Of a DNA stretch of 64,000 nucleotides, positions 36,813 through 44,847 are shown in pieces. Numbering within the stretch: position 1 is the stretch's first letter; every line of letters starts with the position of its first letter. Under the pieces are notes generated by a model. It was not told the DNA's origin, searched no databases, and worked only from the letters and a program-made list of their open reading frames with translations. A program made the translations under genes and the position numbers. The DNA is from an uncultured Granulosicoccaceae bacterium (GTDB lineage Bacteria > Pseudomonadota > Gammaproteobacteria > Granulosicoccales > Granulosicoccaceae), in assembly GCA_937922675.1 (NCBI GenBank), contig CALAJN010000002.1:153192-217191 (forward strand), given 5' to 3'.

Positions 36813-36953
36813 TCAACCAAAAAAGGAGGAAAACCAACTGGAGTGCTTGAGCAGCGCGTAGTGCACACTCAGTGCCATGAAGGATACCCAGCCCAAGAAC
36901 AAGGGGATGCCGTAGGCAGGCTTGATCACAAGCCACATTCTGCTTTGATTCAT
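36813..36953 (-). CDS. pucA: light-harvesting complex 2 alpha polypeptide
   Basis: MNQSRMWLVIKPAYGIPLFLGWVSFMALSVHYALLKHSSWFSSFFG (46 aa) aligns without gaps to the Rhodoblastus acidophilus LH2 alpha chain as I recall it, including the BChl-ligand His31. A GGAGA RBS is present. Confidence 0.85.
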   Translation of the reverse strand: MNQSRMWLVIKPAYGIPLFLGWVSFMALSVHYALLKHSSWFSSFFG

Positions 36954-36963
36954 TGTTGTCTCC

Positions 36964-37122
36964 TTAGCCGAGCCAGGGTGTGAGAGCGAATGCCAGGACA
37001 TGCGCGATCAGCGCAATGACGAAGAACACGCGAGCACCGTCGATTACGTGCTTGTGCAATTCCTCGGCTTGGCCGATCGTCAGGCCACTCGGCCACACTT
37101 TGTCTGCGTTTTCAGTTGTCAT
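36964..37122 (-). CDS. pucB: light-harvesting complex 2 beta polypeptide (not in supplied ORF track; 52 aa)
   Basis: My own translation gives [52 protein letters not shown]. Beta-chain hallmarks are EELHKxVIDGxRVF and AHxLAFxxTPWL. GGAGA lies 8 nt upstream, and pucA follows 10 nt downstream. Confidence 0.85.
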   Translation of the reverse strand: MTTENADKVWPSGLTIGQAEELHKHVIDGARVFFVIALIAHVLAFALTPWLG

Positions 37123-37285
37123 CAGGTCCGTATCTCCAAAAAAACCGGAACATAGACGCGTGCACCACCTGCACGCGGGTCGTCCCAGTCGAAGCGGGAC
37201 ATCGCTGGATCACCCCTTGGACAAAATTCCCCGAGAGGTTGCGTCGCAACTGTGTGACGCATAGGAATGTGCCGAGCGTGTCTCA

Positions 37286-37314
37286 AGAGTAAACAAGGCT
37301 TGTAAAATCGTCAA
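37286..37314 (-). promoter_or_regulatory. candidate sigma-70 promoter for the puc operon
   Basis: The minus strand reads TTGACG (37314-37309), 17 nt, then TACTCT (37291-37286). The -35 element overlaps a TGT-N12-ACA palindrome. Confidence 0.3.
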
Positions 37315-37318
37315 CACA
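37301..37318. promoter_or_regulatory. PpsR/CrtJ-type operator candidate (TGT-N12-ACA), site 1
   Basis: TGTaaaatcgtcaacACA lies about 180 bp upstream of the pucB ATG. Confidence 0.45.
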
Positions 37319-37335
37319 CATTTACAGATGTAATC

Positions 37336-37353
37336 TGTCAACTTGGGTTGACA
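37336..37353. promoter_or_regulatory. PpsR/CrtJ-type operator candidate, site 2 (perfect TGTCA-N8-TGACA)
   Basis: TGTCAACttggGTTGACA is a 7+7 perfect inverted repeat that matches the consensus TGTcAN8TgACA exactly. Confidence 0.6.
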
Positions 37354-37581
37354 CATTCTTGACAAGAAGTGACCTGGCGCTTCGAAGTACTGCGAGTCTG
37401 GCAGCCGGGTTGTGCCTGCGCGGACACCGCCCGCGGCTGCTGGTGCCACAACAGGCCTGGCAAAGGTCGGTGCCAGTGCAGGGCTGGGTGCTGGTCGGAT
37501 GCACCGTGTGTCCCCGGATTTGAGTTGCAGGGATTCGAGTTGGCAGATCCCGGGTGGCAGCCTTGAGTGGAGCTTTGCGCT

Positions 37582-38445
37582 CTACAAACCGTTCAAGGGC
37601 ACTTTCAAGGCAGGTGCGCCTGAATCATCTGTGGGTAATTCACCGGCTCGCATGTTCACTTGTAGCGACGGAATAATCAGCCCGGGCACCTTGAGTGTGG
37701 CGTCACGTTCGGTGCGGAGTTTTACAAAGGCCTCACGCGTCGCGCCGTCACCCACGTGAATGTTGTTGGCGCGCTCATCAGCGACAGTTGTCTCCCAGGA
37801 AATCTCGCGCCCGTTCGGGCCGTAGTCGTGACACATGAACAGACGTGTCTCCGGCGGTAGCGAGAGGACGCGCTGGATCGAGTCGTAGAGCATGCCCGCA
37901 TCGCCGCCGGGAAAATCGGCACGCGCGGTTCCGCCATCAGGCATGAACAGGGTGTCGCCGACGAAGCCTGCATCGCCGATCACGTGCACGGTGCACGCGG
38001 GGGTGTGCCCCGGCGTGTGCATGACGCGCGCTTGCATGGTGCCTATCGAATAGGTGTCACCGTCTTCAAACAGTCGATCAAACTGCGAGCCGTCCCGCTG
38101 GAACTCGGTGCCTTCGTTAAACACCTTGCCAAACGTGTCCTGTACCACCGTGATGCCTGCGCCAATGCCGATGCGACCTCCGAGCCGCTCCTGCAGCCAC
38201 GGAGCCGCCGACAAATGGTCCGCATGTACATGCGTCTCGATGATCCACTCGAGGCTGAGCCCGTTGGACTCGATATGTGACGCAATCCGCTCAGCCTGAT
38301 CAGTGGCAATACGGCCTGCAGCGTAGTCAAAGTCCAGCACAGAGTCGATGACCGCGCAGGCGCTGCCCGCTGGGTCGCGCACCACGTAGCTGATGGTGTG
38401 GCTGGCCTGGTCGAAGAAGGCGGTGACTTCTGGAGATGCGATCAT
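37582..38445 (-). CDS. MBL-fold metallo-hydrolase (glyoxalase II / persulfide-dioxygenase-like)
   Basis: Start MIASPE has GGAGGG 6 nt upstream. Metal motif ETHVHADHLS, with later HTPGHTPA and a conserved Asp/His. Confidence 0.8.
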   Translation of the reverse strand: MIASPEVTAFFDQASHTISYVVRDPAGSACAVIDSVLDFDYAAGRIATDQAERIASHIESNGLSLEWIIETHVHADHLSAAPWLQERLGGRIGIGAGITVVQDTFGKVFNEGTEFQRDGSQFDRLFEDGDTYSIGTMQARVMHTPGHTPACTVHVIGDAGFVGDTLFMPDGGTARADFPGGDAGMLYDSIQRVLSLPPETRLFMCHDYGPNGREISWETTVADERANNIHVGDGATREAFVKLRTERDATLKVPGLIIPSLQVNMRAGELPTDDSGAPALKVPLNGL

Positions 38446-38732
38446 TTTATTCCCTCCGGTTATCGGGGATACCAATACTGCCGCCTGGATAGAGACCTCG
38501 CCTGCGTTCGAGGCGCTGGAGGCAAGCGTTGTTGTGCCGGGGGCACGGCGAGCCGACCACCATCGATGTTGTGTGTACCTGGGCGATGGGTTGTCTGGAG
38601 TACACGCGCGGTGAATTCAGGCGGCTGCTCGATGAGGGCGTGCCATGGAGTCTGAATAACCTTATTGACAACACGTAGCACGCGAACAGGCTAGTCTAGA
38701 CAGACATTACAGATTTTACGCATCTGCCCTTT

Positions 38733-38942
38733 ATGCCCGCATCGGTCATGTCCATCGTCAGGCGGCCTGATATCCAGAAACGCGCCTTGATCATCGCTGT
38801 GGTTGTCGGCACACTACTTAACTGCATCAACCAGGTCCCCGATCTCATGTCGGGAGCCTCCTTGCAGTGGACCAAGGCCGCACTGACGTATATGGTTCCC
38901 TACTGTGTGTCGCTGTACAGCGCAGTGGCAACGTTACGCTAG
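38733..38942 (+). CDS. NrtS-like small membrane protein (putative nitrate/nitrite transporter family)
   Basis: 69-aa, two-TM ORF. ALIIAVVVGTLLNCINQ...LTYMVPYCVSLYSA resembles the NrtS family as I recall it. Confidence 0.45.
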   Translation: MPASVMSIVRRPDIQKRALIIAVVVGTLLNCINQVPDLMSGASLQWTKAALTYMVPYCVSLYSAVATLR

Positions 38943-38950
38943 CGAGCCAA

Positions 38951-40267
38951 TTGTCCCGCAGCGATGCTCAAGCCGTCGTGTTTTACGCGTCTTGTAGATG
39001 GCTACTGTGGTGTCTCCTCGGTTTGGTGTGTGCCGTAGTTCTGACCAAGCCATTCGCACCGACTTCGGACACAAGCACTGTTCAGCGCGAACGGGTTGCC
39101 AGCGACCTCGAGCGCGTACGCTTCGACCAGGATGTGGCTGTTCAGTCAGGCTTTGTTGAGTTTGAGGTTCGCCCCACTGACGTCTCCGTGCACGTTCAGT
39201 TCTCAGCGCTTGACCCGCGTGCCTATGTTCTGATCACGGGAATTCAAGGCCCGGACGACGAGTGGATCTACCGCAATGGCGGTAGTGCCGACGATGACGA
39301 AGAGGGGCCTGTAACCAGTGCATTCACTGATTCCATCTACGGGCAGTACGGAGATGCTGCCGTGTTCATGCCGATGGTGCCATTGCAGCCCCTGAAGCCT
39401 GGCAGGTATCGTGTGCTGTTTGATACTCAGGCGGATGCACGGCTGCGCAATTCAGCTGCGCTGTTCAAGTCGAGTGAGCGCCCCATAGACGAGTCCCTGC
39501 AGCTTCTCGATATCAACCTGTGGGTTGCCCATACGGATGCTGCGTGGCTTGAAGAGCTGGCAGACCAGCGACTGGATGGAGCCTATCGGCAGACGCTCGA
39601 GGGCATCCTGCAACCGCATGACCTGACCGTAGGCGAGCTATCACTCTACCGCGCGAGCAACGAACAGATTGCTGAATTTGCGCTCATCGACGAGTACGAC
39701 GACGCACAAATTCAGAGCGCATGCAGGGCCATGTTGTCGGGTGTCGAGAATGAGCGCGCCCTGAACGTAGTCATGGTTGAGACTCTGTATGCCGACGAAG
39801 GAGGATCGGCAGGTTTTTCATCCGTACCGGGGCCTCTTTTTGATACATCGGCAGCTAATGGCTGTGTGTTCATGGGAGAGACCGCCTACATCACAGATGC
39901 TGCCGAGGGTCTTGATCAAGCTATGGTGGATGAACTGCACGCTGTGACCATGTTGCACGAAGGTGGGCACTTCATGTCTCTGGAACATCCAAGCGAGAGC
40001 GATGGGCGGAGTTTCGATTATTTGAGCGATACGCCAGAGTGCGATATTCAATCTCACGATGGGCGCATTGACGAGTGGACCGGCGAGCAAGGTGAGATCG
40101 ACGGCGAGATCAGTGACTATGAGTGCGGCACGGCGGGTGGTGCTGACAACGTGCTGTTCTACAGCGGTGTCATTGAGTACGCTCCCTTCAAACTGTCTCG
40201 CCAGCAAGCCTGGGTGTTGCGTCGCCACCCTTTGTTCAGACCCCGAACACCGGCAGACAGCCACTAA
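38951..40267 (+). CDS. secreted/anchored metzincin-like zinc metalloprotease
   Basis: The frame is open from 38867 but overlaps the previous gene. The likely start is TTG 38951 or GTG 38978, ahead of the hydrophobic WLLWCLLGLVCAVVL. The motif HEGGHFMSLEH fits the HExxHxxxxxH spacing. Confidence 0.5.
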   Translation: MSRSDAQAVVFYASCRWLLWCLLGLVCAVVLTKPFAPTSDTSTVQRERVASDLERVRFDQDVAVQSGFVEFEVRPTDVSVHVQFSALDPRAYVLITGIQGPDDEWIYRNGGSADDDEEGPVTSAFTDSIYGQYGDAAVFMPMVPLQPLKPGRYRVLFDTQADARLRNSAALFKSSERPIDESLQLLDINLWVAHTDAAWLEELADQRLDGAYRQTLEGILQPHDLTVGELSLYRASNEQIAEFALIDEYDDAQIQSACRAMLSGVENERALNVVMVETLYADEGGSAGFSSVPGPLFDTSAANGCVFMGETAYITDAAEGLDQAMVDELHAVTMLHEGGHFMSLEHPSESDGRSFDYLSDTPECDIQSHDGRIDEWTGEQGEIDGEISDYECGTAGGADNVLFYSGVIEYAPFKLSRQQAWVLRRHPLFRPRTPADSH

Positions 40268-40281
40268 GCCACGACCGGAAC

Positions 40282-41301
40282 ATGCAAAGAAGACAATTTA
40301 TCCGGCTTAACTGTGCGGCTGTGGTGCATGCACTCGCTCCTCTTGCTGCACTTGCGTCTGCATCGTCGTCTGCAGAGCCTGATGCGCAAGCGCTCGTGCA
40401 ATTGAGAAACGAAGCTGCCCGTATTGATCGTCTGCGCTCGATTGTTGTATCTCATCGTGGACGCGTTGTGCTGGCCGAGGCTGTGCATGGCCCGCCGGTC
40501 GACAAGGCTGTAAATATCAAGTCAGTCTCAAAGACGCTGGTGGCAACCCTGATTGGCTGCGCTCAACAACGCGGTGTTATCGAGTCTGTTGAGCAAACCC
40601 TCGGATCACTGGTACCCACGATAGTGCCGACAGGCGCTGATCCCCGAGTTGGCGGGCTAACGCTTGAGAATCTGATGACCATGCAAGCAGGTCTTGAGCG
40701 AGTCTCAGGTGCAGGATATGGTGCTTGGGTCAACAGCGACAACTGGACCCGCTACGTCTTGACACGTCCGTTTGTTGATCAACCGGGTGCCCGTATGTTG
40801 TATTCCACGGGCAGCACACATGTGCTTGGTGTCGTGCTGAGTGAACTCACCGGACAGAGTCTGTACACACTGGCAAACAGCTGGTTAGGCAAGCCATTGT
40901 CCATCGACTTTGCGCCCTGGACGCGTGATCCTCAGGGGTACTACATGGGCGGCAACGAGATGTCCCTGTCGCCGTTGCATATGGTGCGTGTTGGCGAATT
41001 GTATTTGTCTGGCGGTATAGTTGATGGGAAGCAGGTACTGCCGGCGCAGTGGTTACAAGACTGCTTCGTTGCTCGAACGCGATCACCATACTCCAGAGAC
41101 GGTTACGGCTATGGATGGTTTTTACGCAACATGAACGGGCGTTCCGTGGCTTACGCGCGAGGCTATGGCGGGCAAGTACTCTACGTTGCTCCCGAGCTTG
41201 ATATGGTAGTAGCTATCACATCAGACATCAGCCAGCGAGCACGCAGCAACGGCTACATGAGCGTTCTGCACGATCTTGTACAGCGCCATTTGGTCGGTTG
41301 A
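40282..41301 (+). CDS. Tat-signal serine hydrolase (class C beta-lactamase/PBP family)
   Basis: MQRRQFIRLNCAAVVHALAPLAALASA signal. SxxK motif SVSKTL. YSTGSTH and other family-typical segments are present. Confidence 0.8.
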   Translation: MQRRQFIRLNCAAVVHALAPLAALASASSSAEPDAQALVQLRNEAARIDRLRSIVVSHRGRVVLAEAVHGPPVDKAVNIKSVSKTLVATLIGCAQQRGVIESVEQTLGSLVPTIVPTGADPRVGGLTLENLMTMQAGLERVSGAGYGAWVNSDNWTRYVLTRPFVDQPGARMLYSTGSTHVLGVVLSELTGQSLYTLANSWLGKPLSIDFAPWTRDPQGYYMGGNEMSLSPLHMVRVGELYLSGGIVDGKQVLPAQWLQDCFVARTRSPYSRDGYGYGWFLRNMNGRSVAYARGYGGQVLYVAPELDMVVAITSDISQRARSNGYMSVLHDLVQRHLVG

Positions 41302-41366
41302 TCCCCCGTGTTGACTGACACTCGTATAGATGTCGCCGGGCTTCATTCCGGTGAGACCACAGGTCG

Positions 41367-41606
41367 ATGAAAACCGTCGATTCACCGGCAGTGCTGTTGA
41401 TTTTGACCGGAGCACTACTGCAGTCAGTTGGTGGGCCGACCTACTTGAGTCAGATCGGCTATGTCGCGGCCGCCGTGGCTCTGCTGTGCGGCACGCTGGT
41501 GTTTTCCGAGCGTTACAGCCTGCTTACCTGGTTTGGGGCCGCTGTCATAGTGGTTGCTATCGTGGTCAGTGTACGAGCGCAACGCTCGCCCCAAAGGACC
41601 GAATGA
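41367..41606 (+). CDS. small hypothetical membrane protein
   Basis: 79-aa ORF with three hydrophobic segments and no recognised motif. Confidence 0.3.
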   Translation: MKTVDSPAVLLILTGALLQSVGGPTYLSQIGYVAAAVALLCGTLVFSERYSLLTWFGAAVIVVAIVVSVRAQRSPQRTE

Positions 41607-41746
41607 ACAAACAGACAGTGAGCGTTGAGTTTCACATGTCTACGGCCGCGTGCACTAGCGGCGCGTCCCATCGTTGTGAGTGCTACAACGTCGGCAAGGC
41701 AATCTTTGGAACAAAGGCGAGGATGCCATGGCTGAGGCAGCCGGCG

Positions 41747-42157
41747 TCAAGGGCTGACTTCTTCGAGCTCGATCAAGGTGCCATTCATGTCGGCCGGGTT
41801 AAGAAACAGCACAGGATTCCCGTGTGCACCGATCTTCGGCTGCCCGTCACCCAGCACGCGCACACCGGCAGCGACGAGGCGATCACGTTCCGCAATAACG
41901 TCATCCACTTCCAGGCAGAGATGGTGCAAGCCACCGCCTGTGTGTTTCTCCAGAAACCGACTGACAGGTGAGCCATCGCCGAGTGGCTGCAATAACTCGA
42001 TGCGGCTGTTGGGTAGATCGATGAATACAACCGTGACACCATGTTCTGGCAGCGGCAGCGGCTGACCAACCTCGGCACCCAGCACGTCGCGCCAGGTGGA
42101 GGCCGCGAGGGTGAGGTCTGGTACCACCAAAGCTACGTGATTGAGTCGGTGTCTCAT
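41747..42157 (-). CDS. mce: methylmalonyl-CoA epimerase (VOC family)
   Basis: LNHVALVVPDL...IELLQPLG..SPVSRFLEKHTGGGLHHLCLEVDD...FLNPADMNGTLIELEE. It overlaps the prpE stop by 4 nt. Confidence 0.85.
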   Translation of the reverse strand: MRHRLNHVALVVPDLTLAASTWRDVLGAEVGQPLPLPEHGVTVVFIDLPNSRIELLQPLGDGSPVSRFLEKHTGGGLHHLCLEVDDVIAERDRLVAAGVRVLGDGQPKIGAHGNPVLFLNPADMNGTLIELEEVSP

Positions 42158-44064
42158 TTTCCGCCCGCGTATCCGATCGCTTGCAGCTTCTCGGTTACCT
42201 CATCGAGCACGCTGGGGTCTTCTATGGTCGCTGGCATATTCCATTCTTTCTGGTCAGCAATCGCGCGTAGCGTGCCGCGCAGGATCTTGCCCGAGCGTGT
42301 CTTTGGCAAGCGCTCCACCACAGCAACGGATTTGAAGGCTGCCACCGGGCCGATTTCCTTGCGCACGCGTGCGATCAGTTCATCGCGTATCTCATCATGC
42401 GGGCGATCTACACCAGCGTTGAGAATGACAAGTCCTACCGGAAGCTGTCCCTTTAGCTGGTCCGCTGCGCCCATGACAGCGCATTCGGCGACGTCGGGGT
42501 GCGCGGCCAGAACTTCTTCCATCGCGCCGGTGGAGAGTCGGTGGCCTGCGACGTTAATCACGTCATCGGTTCTGGCCATGACATAGATATAGCCGTCCGA
42601 GTCTATGTAGCCTGCATCGCCTGTCTCATAGTAGCCGTCAAATCGGCTGAAGTACGCCGAAACGTAGCGCTCCTCTGCGTTCCATAGCGTAGTGAAGGTG
42701 CCGGGTGGCAAAGGGAGTTTGACCACGATGGAGCCGATGTCGCCGGCGGTTACCGGCTGACCATTGGTATCGAGTACCTGCACGTCGTAGCCCGGCATGG
42801 CAACCGATGGTGAGCCTGATTTGACCGGCAGTGCCTCGATTCCCAGGGGATTAGCTGCTATGGCCCAGCCGGTTTCTGTCTGCCACCAGTGATCGATGAC
42901 GGGTACGCCAAGGGTTGCGCCGGCCCAGTCCAGCGTGTCCGGGTCGCAGCGTTCGCCTGCGAGAAACAGGCTCTTCAGTGATGACAGGTTGTAGTTGCCC
43001 GCGAGTGAGCCCGTGGGGTCCTCTTTCTTGATGGCGCGACAGGCTGTCGGTGCAGTGAACAAGATCTTGACCTTGTACTCTTCGATGACACGCCAGAAGG
43101 CACCGGCGTCAGGAGTTCCGACGGGCTTGCCTTCGTAGAGCACCGAGGTGCAGCCGTTGAGCAGTGGCGCGTACACGATGTAGGAGTGACCAACGACCCA
43201 GCCGATATCCGAGGCTGCCCAATACACATCGCCAGGCTCGGCGTCGTAGAGCGCCGACATGGTCCAGTCCAGTGACACCACCGTGCCACCGGTATCGCGA
43301 ACCACACCCTTGGGTTGCCCGGTGGTGCCGGAGGTGTACAAGACATACAACGGGTCGGTACTGGCTACCGGCACACACGGAGCAGCGCTCGCTGTGCTCA
43401 TCACGCTCTGCCAAGCGTGATCACGGCCGTCGAGCAACTCCGCCTGCAGAGCGTCTCGTTGCAGGATGATGCAGGTGGCAACGCGGTGAGTAGCCAGTTC
43501 AAGGGCTTCGTCCAGCAGCGGCTTGTAGGCTACGGTGCGGTTGGGCTCGATGCCGCAGGAAGCGCTGACAATGACCGCCGGTTGGCTGTCGTCGACGCGC
43601 ACAGCCAACTCCTTGGCCGCGAACCCACCGAAGACCACTGAATGCACAGCGCCAAGTCGCGCACAGGCGAGCATCGCGACGATGGCCTCTGGCACCATCG
43701 GCATGTAAATGACGACACGGTCTCCCTTGTCAACGCCGAAGGAGGCGAGGGCGCCGGCGAATCGAGCTACCTCGTCAGTGAGCTCGGCGTAGCTGATCTG
43801 TCGCTTGCTGCCGGTGACGGGACTGTCGTAGAGGATGGCCGCTTGCTCGCCGCGACCGGCAGCGACATGACGGTCCAGTGCGTTGTGACAGGCATTGAGC
43901 TCTCCGTCCGGGAACCAGCGATTGAATGGAGATCGGCTCTGATCAACGCCGATTGTCGGCGAACGTGTCCAGTCGGCTGCGGCAGCACGCTCCAGCCAGA
44001 ACCTGCCGGGATCGGTTTGAGCTTCGCTGTGCTGTTGCTTGTAAGTAGTCGCTGCACCAGTCAT
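42154..44064 (-). CDS. prpE: propionate--CoA ligase (acyl-CoA synthetase family)
   Basis: 636-aa ORF. AMP-binding motifs YTSGTTGQPKG and YETGDAGYIDSDGYIYVMARTDDVINVAGHR, with a C-terminal PKTRSGKILR. The overall similarity is PrpE/Acs-like. Confidence 0.85.
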   Translation of the reverse strand: MTGAATTYKQQHSEAQTDPGRFWLERAAAADWTRSPTIGVDQSRSPFNRWFPDGELNACHNALDRHVAAGRGEQAAILYDSPVTGSKRQISYAELTDEVARFAGALASFGVDKGDRVVIYMPMVPEAIVAMLACARLGAVHSVVFGGFAAKELAVRVDDSQPAVIVSASCGIEPNRTVAYKPLLDEALELATHRVATCIILQRDALQAELLDGRDHAWQSVMSTASAAPCVPVASTDPLYVLYTSGTTGQPKGVVRDTGGTVVSLDWTMSALYDAEPGDVYWAASDIGWVVGHSYIVYAPLLNGCTSVLYEGKPVGTPDAGAFWRVIEEYKVKILFTAPTACRAIKKEDPTGSLAGNYNLSSLKSLFLAGERCDPDTLDWAGATLGVPVIDHWWQTETGWAIAANPLGIEALPVKSGSPSVAMPGYDVQVLDTNGQPVTAGDIGSIVVKLPLPPGTFTTLWNAEERYVSAYFSRFDGYYETGDAGYIDSDGYIYVMARTDDVINVAGHRLSTGAMEEVLAAHPDVAECAVMGAADQLKGQLPVGLVILNAGVDRPHDEIRDELIARVRKEIGPVAAFKSVAVVERLPKTRSGKILRGTLRAIADQKEWNMPATIEDPSVLDEVTEKLQAIGYAGGK

Positions 44065-44151
44065 TGATGTCTGCCTCTTATGGATCCGACCCGGCAGCTT
44101 GCAGCCGGGGCGGGCAGAGTATATCGACGCAGGTGAGTCTTGGTGCCGGCG

Positions 44152-44847
44152 TCAGATGCGAGCGCGCAGGCTGCAGGCGCGACCGACGATACTCAGGGCG
44201 CCGAGCAGAAGCAGCCAGGGTCCCGTTCCTCCGCCTGCATATTCAAAGGCGACGACATCTTGCACGGTGTCATCGTTGCCGATGCGTCCGTCACGACGCG
44301 CATCCTCCAGCGGAAGGTCATCAAGTGTTCTGAAGTCGCCGGCGTCCACCACATCCAGCAGTTGGTCATTGAAGGCATCACGCAGTTCGACGACCATGTC
44401 GTAGCGGTCTTCCGGGTAGGCGCCGCGCAGATCGAGCTCGATGCGGTGGCGATCTCCACCGCTGGTGCCATACACGTCAAACACATCCGAGTCGTAGAGC
44501 AGGTTTTCCACACCTGAGGAATCAGTCAATGACAGCCGTACGTACACGCTGGCCTCGTCGGCAAACAAAAAGGCATTGTCGCGGTGGCGGTCGCTGTAGA
44601 CATCGGCATCAATGCTGATGACAAAGCGGGAGAACCAGCCGTCGCGATCCCGATCGATGTCCAGCAGGCTGCCCACCTCATTGATCCACACGTCACTCAG
44701 GTCGTCCAGTCGATGGTCGTTGTGTGCCAGCTCGGTTGCGTCATCGGCTGCGGCAGAGAGACTCATCGACAGTGCGCAGACCATCAGGATGCCAGTGCCG
44801 ATGCGTGCGATGGCGGCGTAGTATGGTGTGCGATGGACAGGGGTCAT
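44152..44847 (-). CDS. secreted repeat protein with GlyGly-CTERM-like sorting tail
   Basis: Start MTPVHRT (AAGGAG 7 nt upstream). Signal peptide, Asp-rich DRDRDGWF-type segments, and a C-terminal GGGTGPWLLLLGALSIVGRACSLRARI. Confidence 0.55.
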   Translation of the reverse strand: MTPVHRTPYYAAIARIGTGILMVCALSMSLSAAADDATELAHNDHRLDDLSDVWINEVGSLLDIDRDRDGWFSRFVISIDADVYSDRHRDNAFLFADEASVYVRLSLTDSSGVENLLYDSDVFDVYGTSGGDRHRIELDLRGAYPEDRYDMVVELRDAFNDQLLDVVDAGDFRTLDDLPLEDARRDGRIGNDDTVQDVVAFEYAGGGTGPWLLLLGALSIVGRACSLRARI

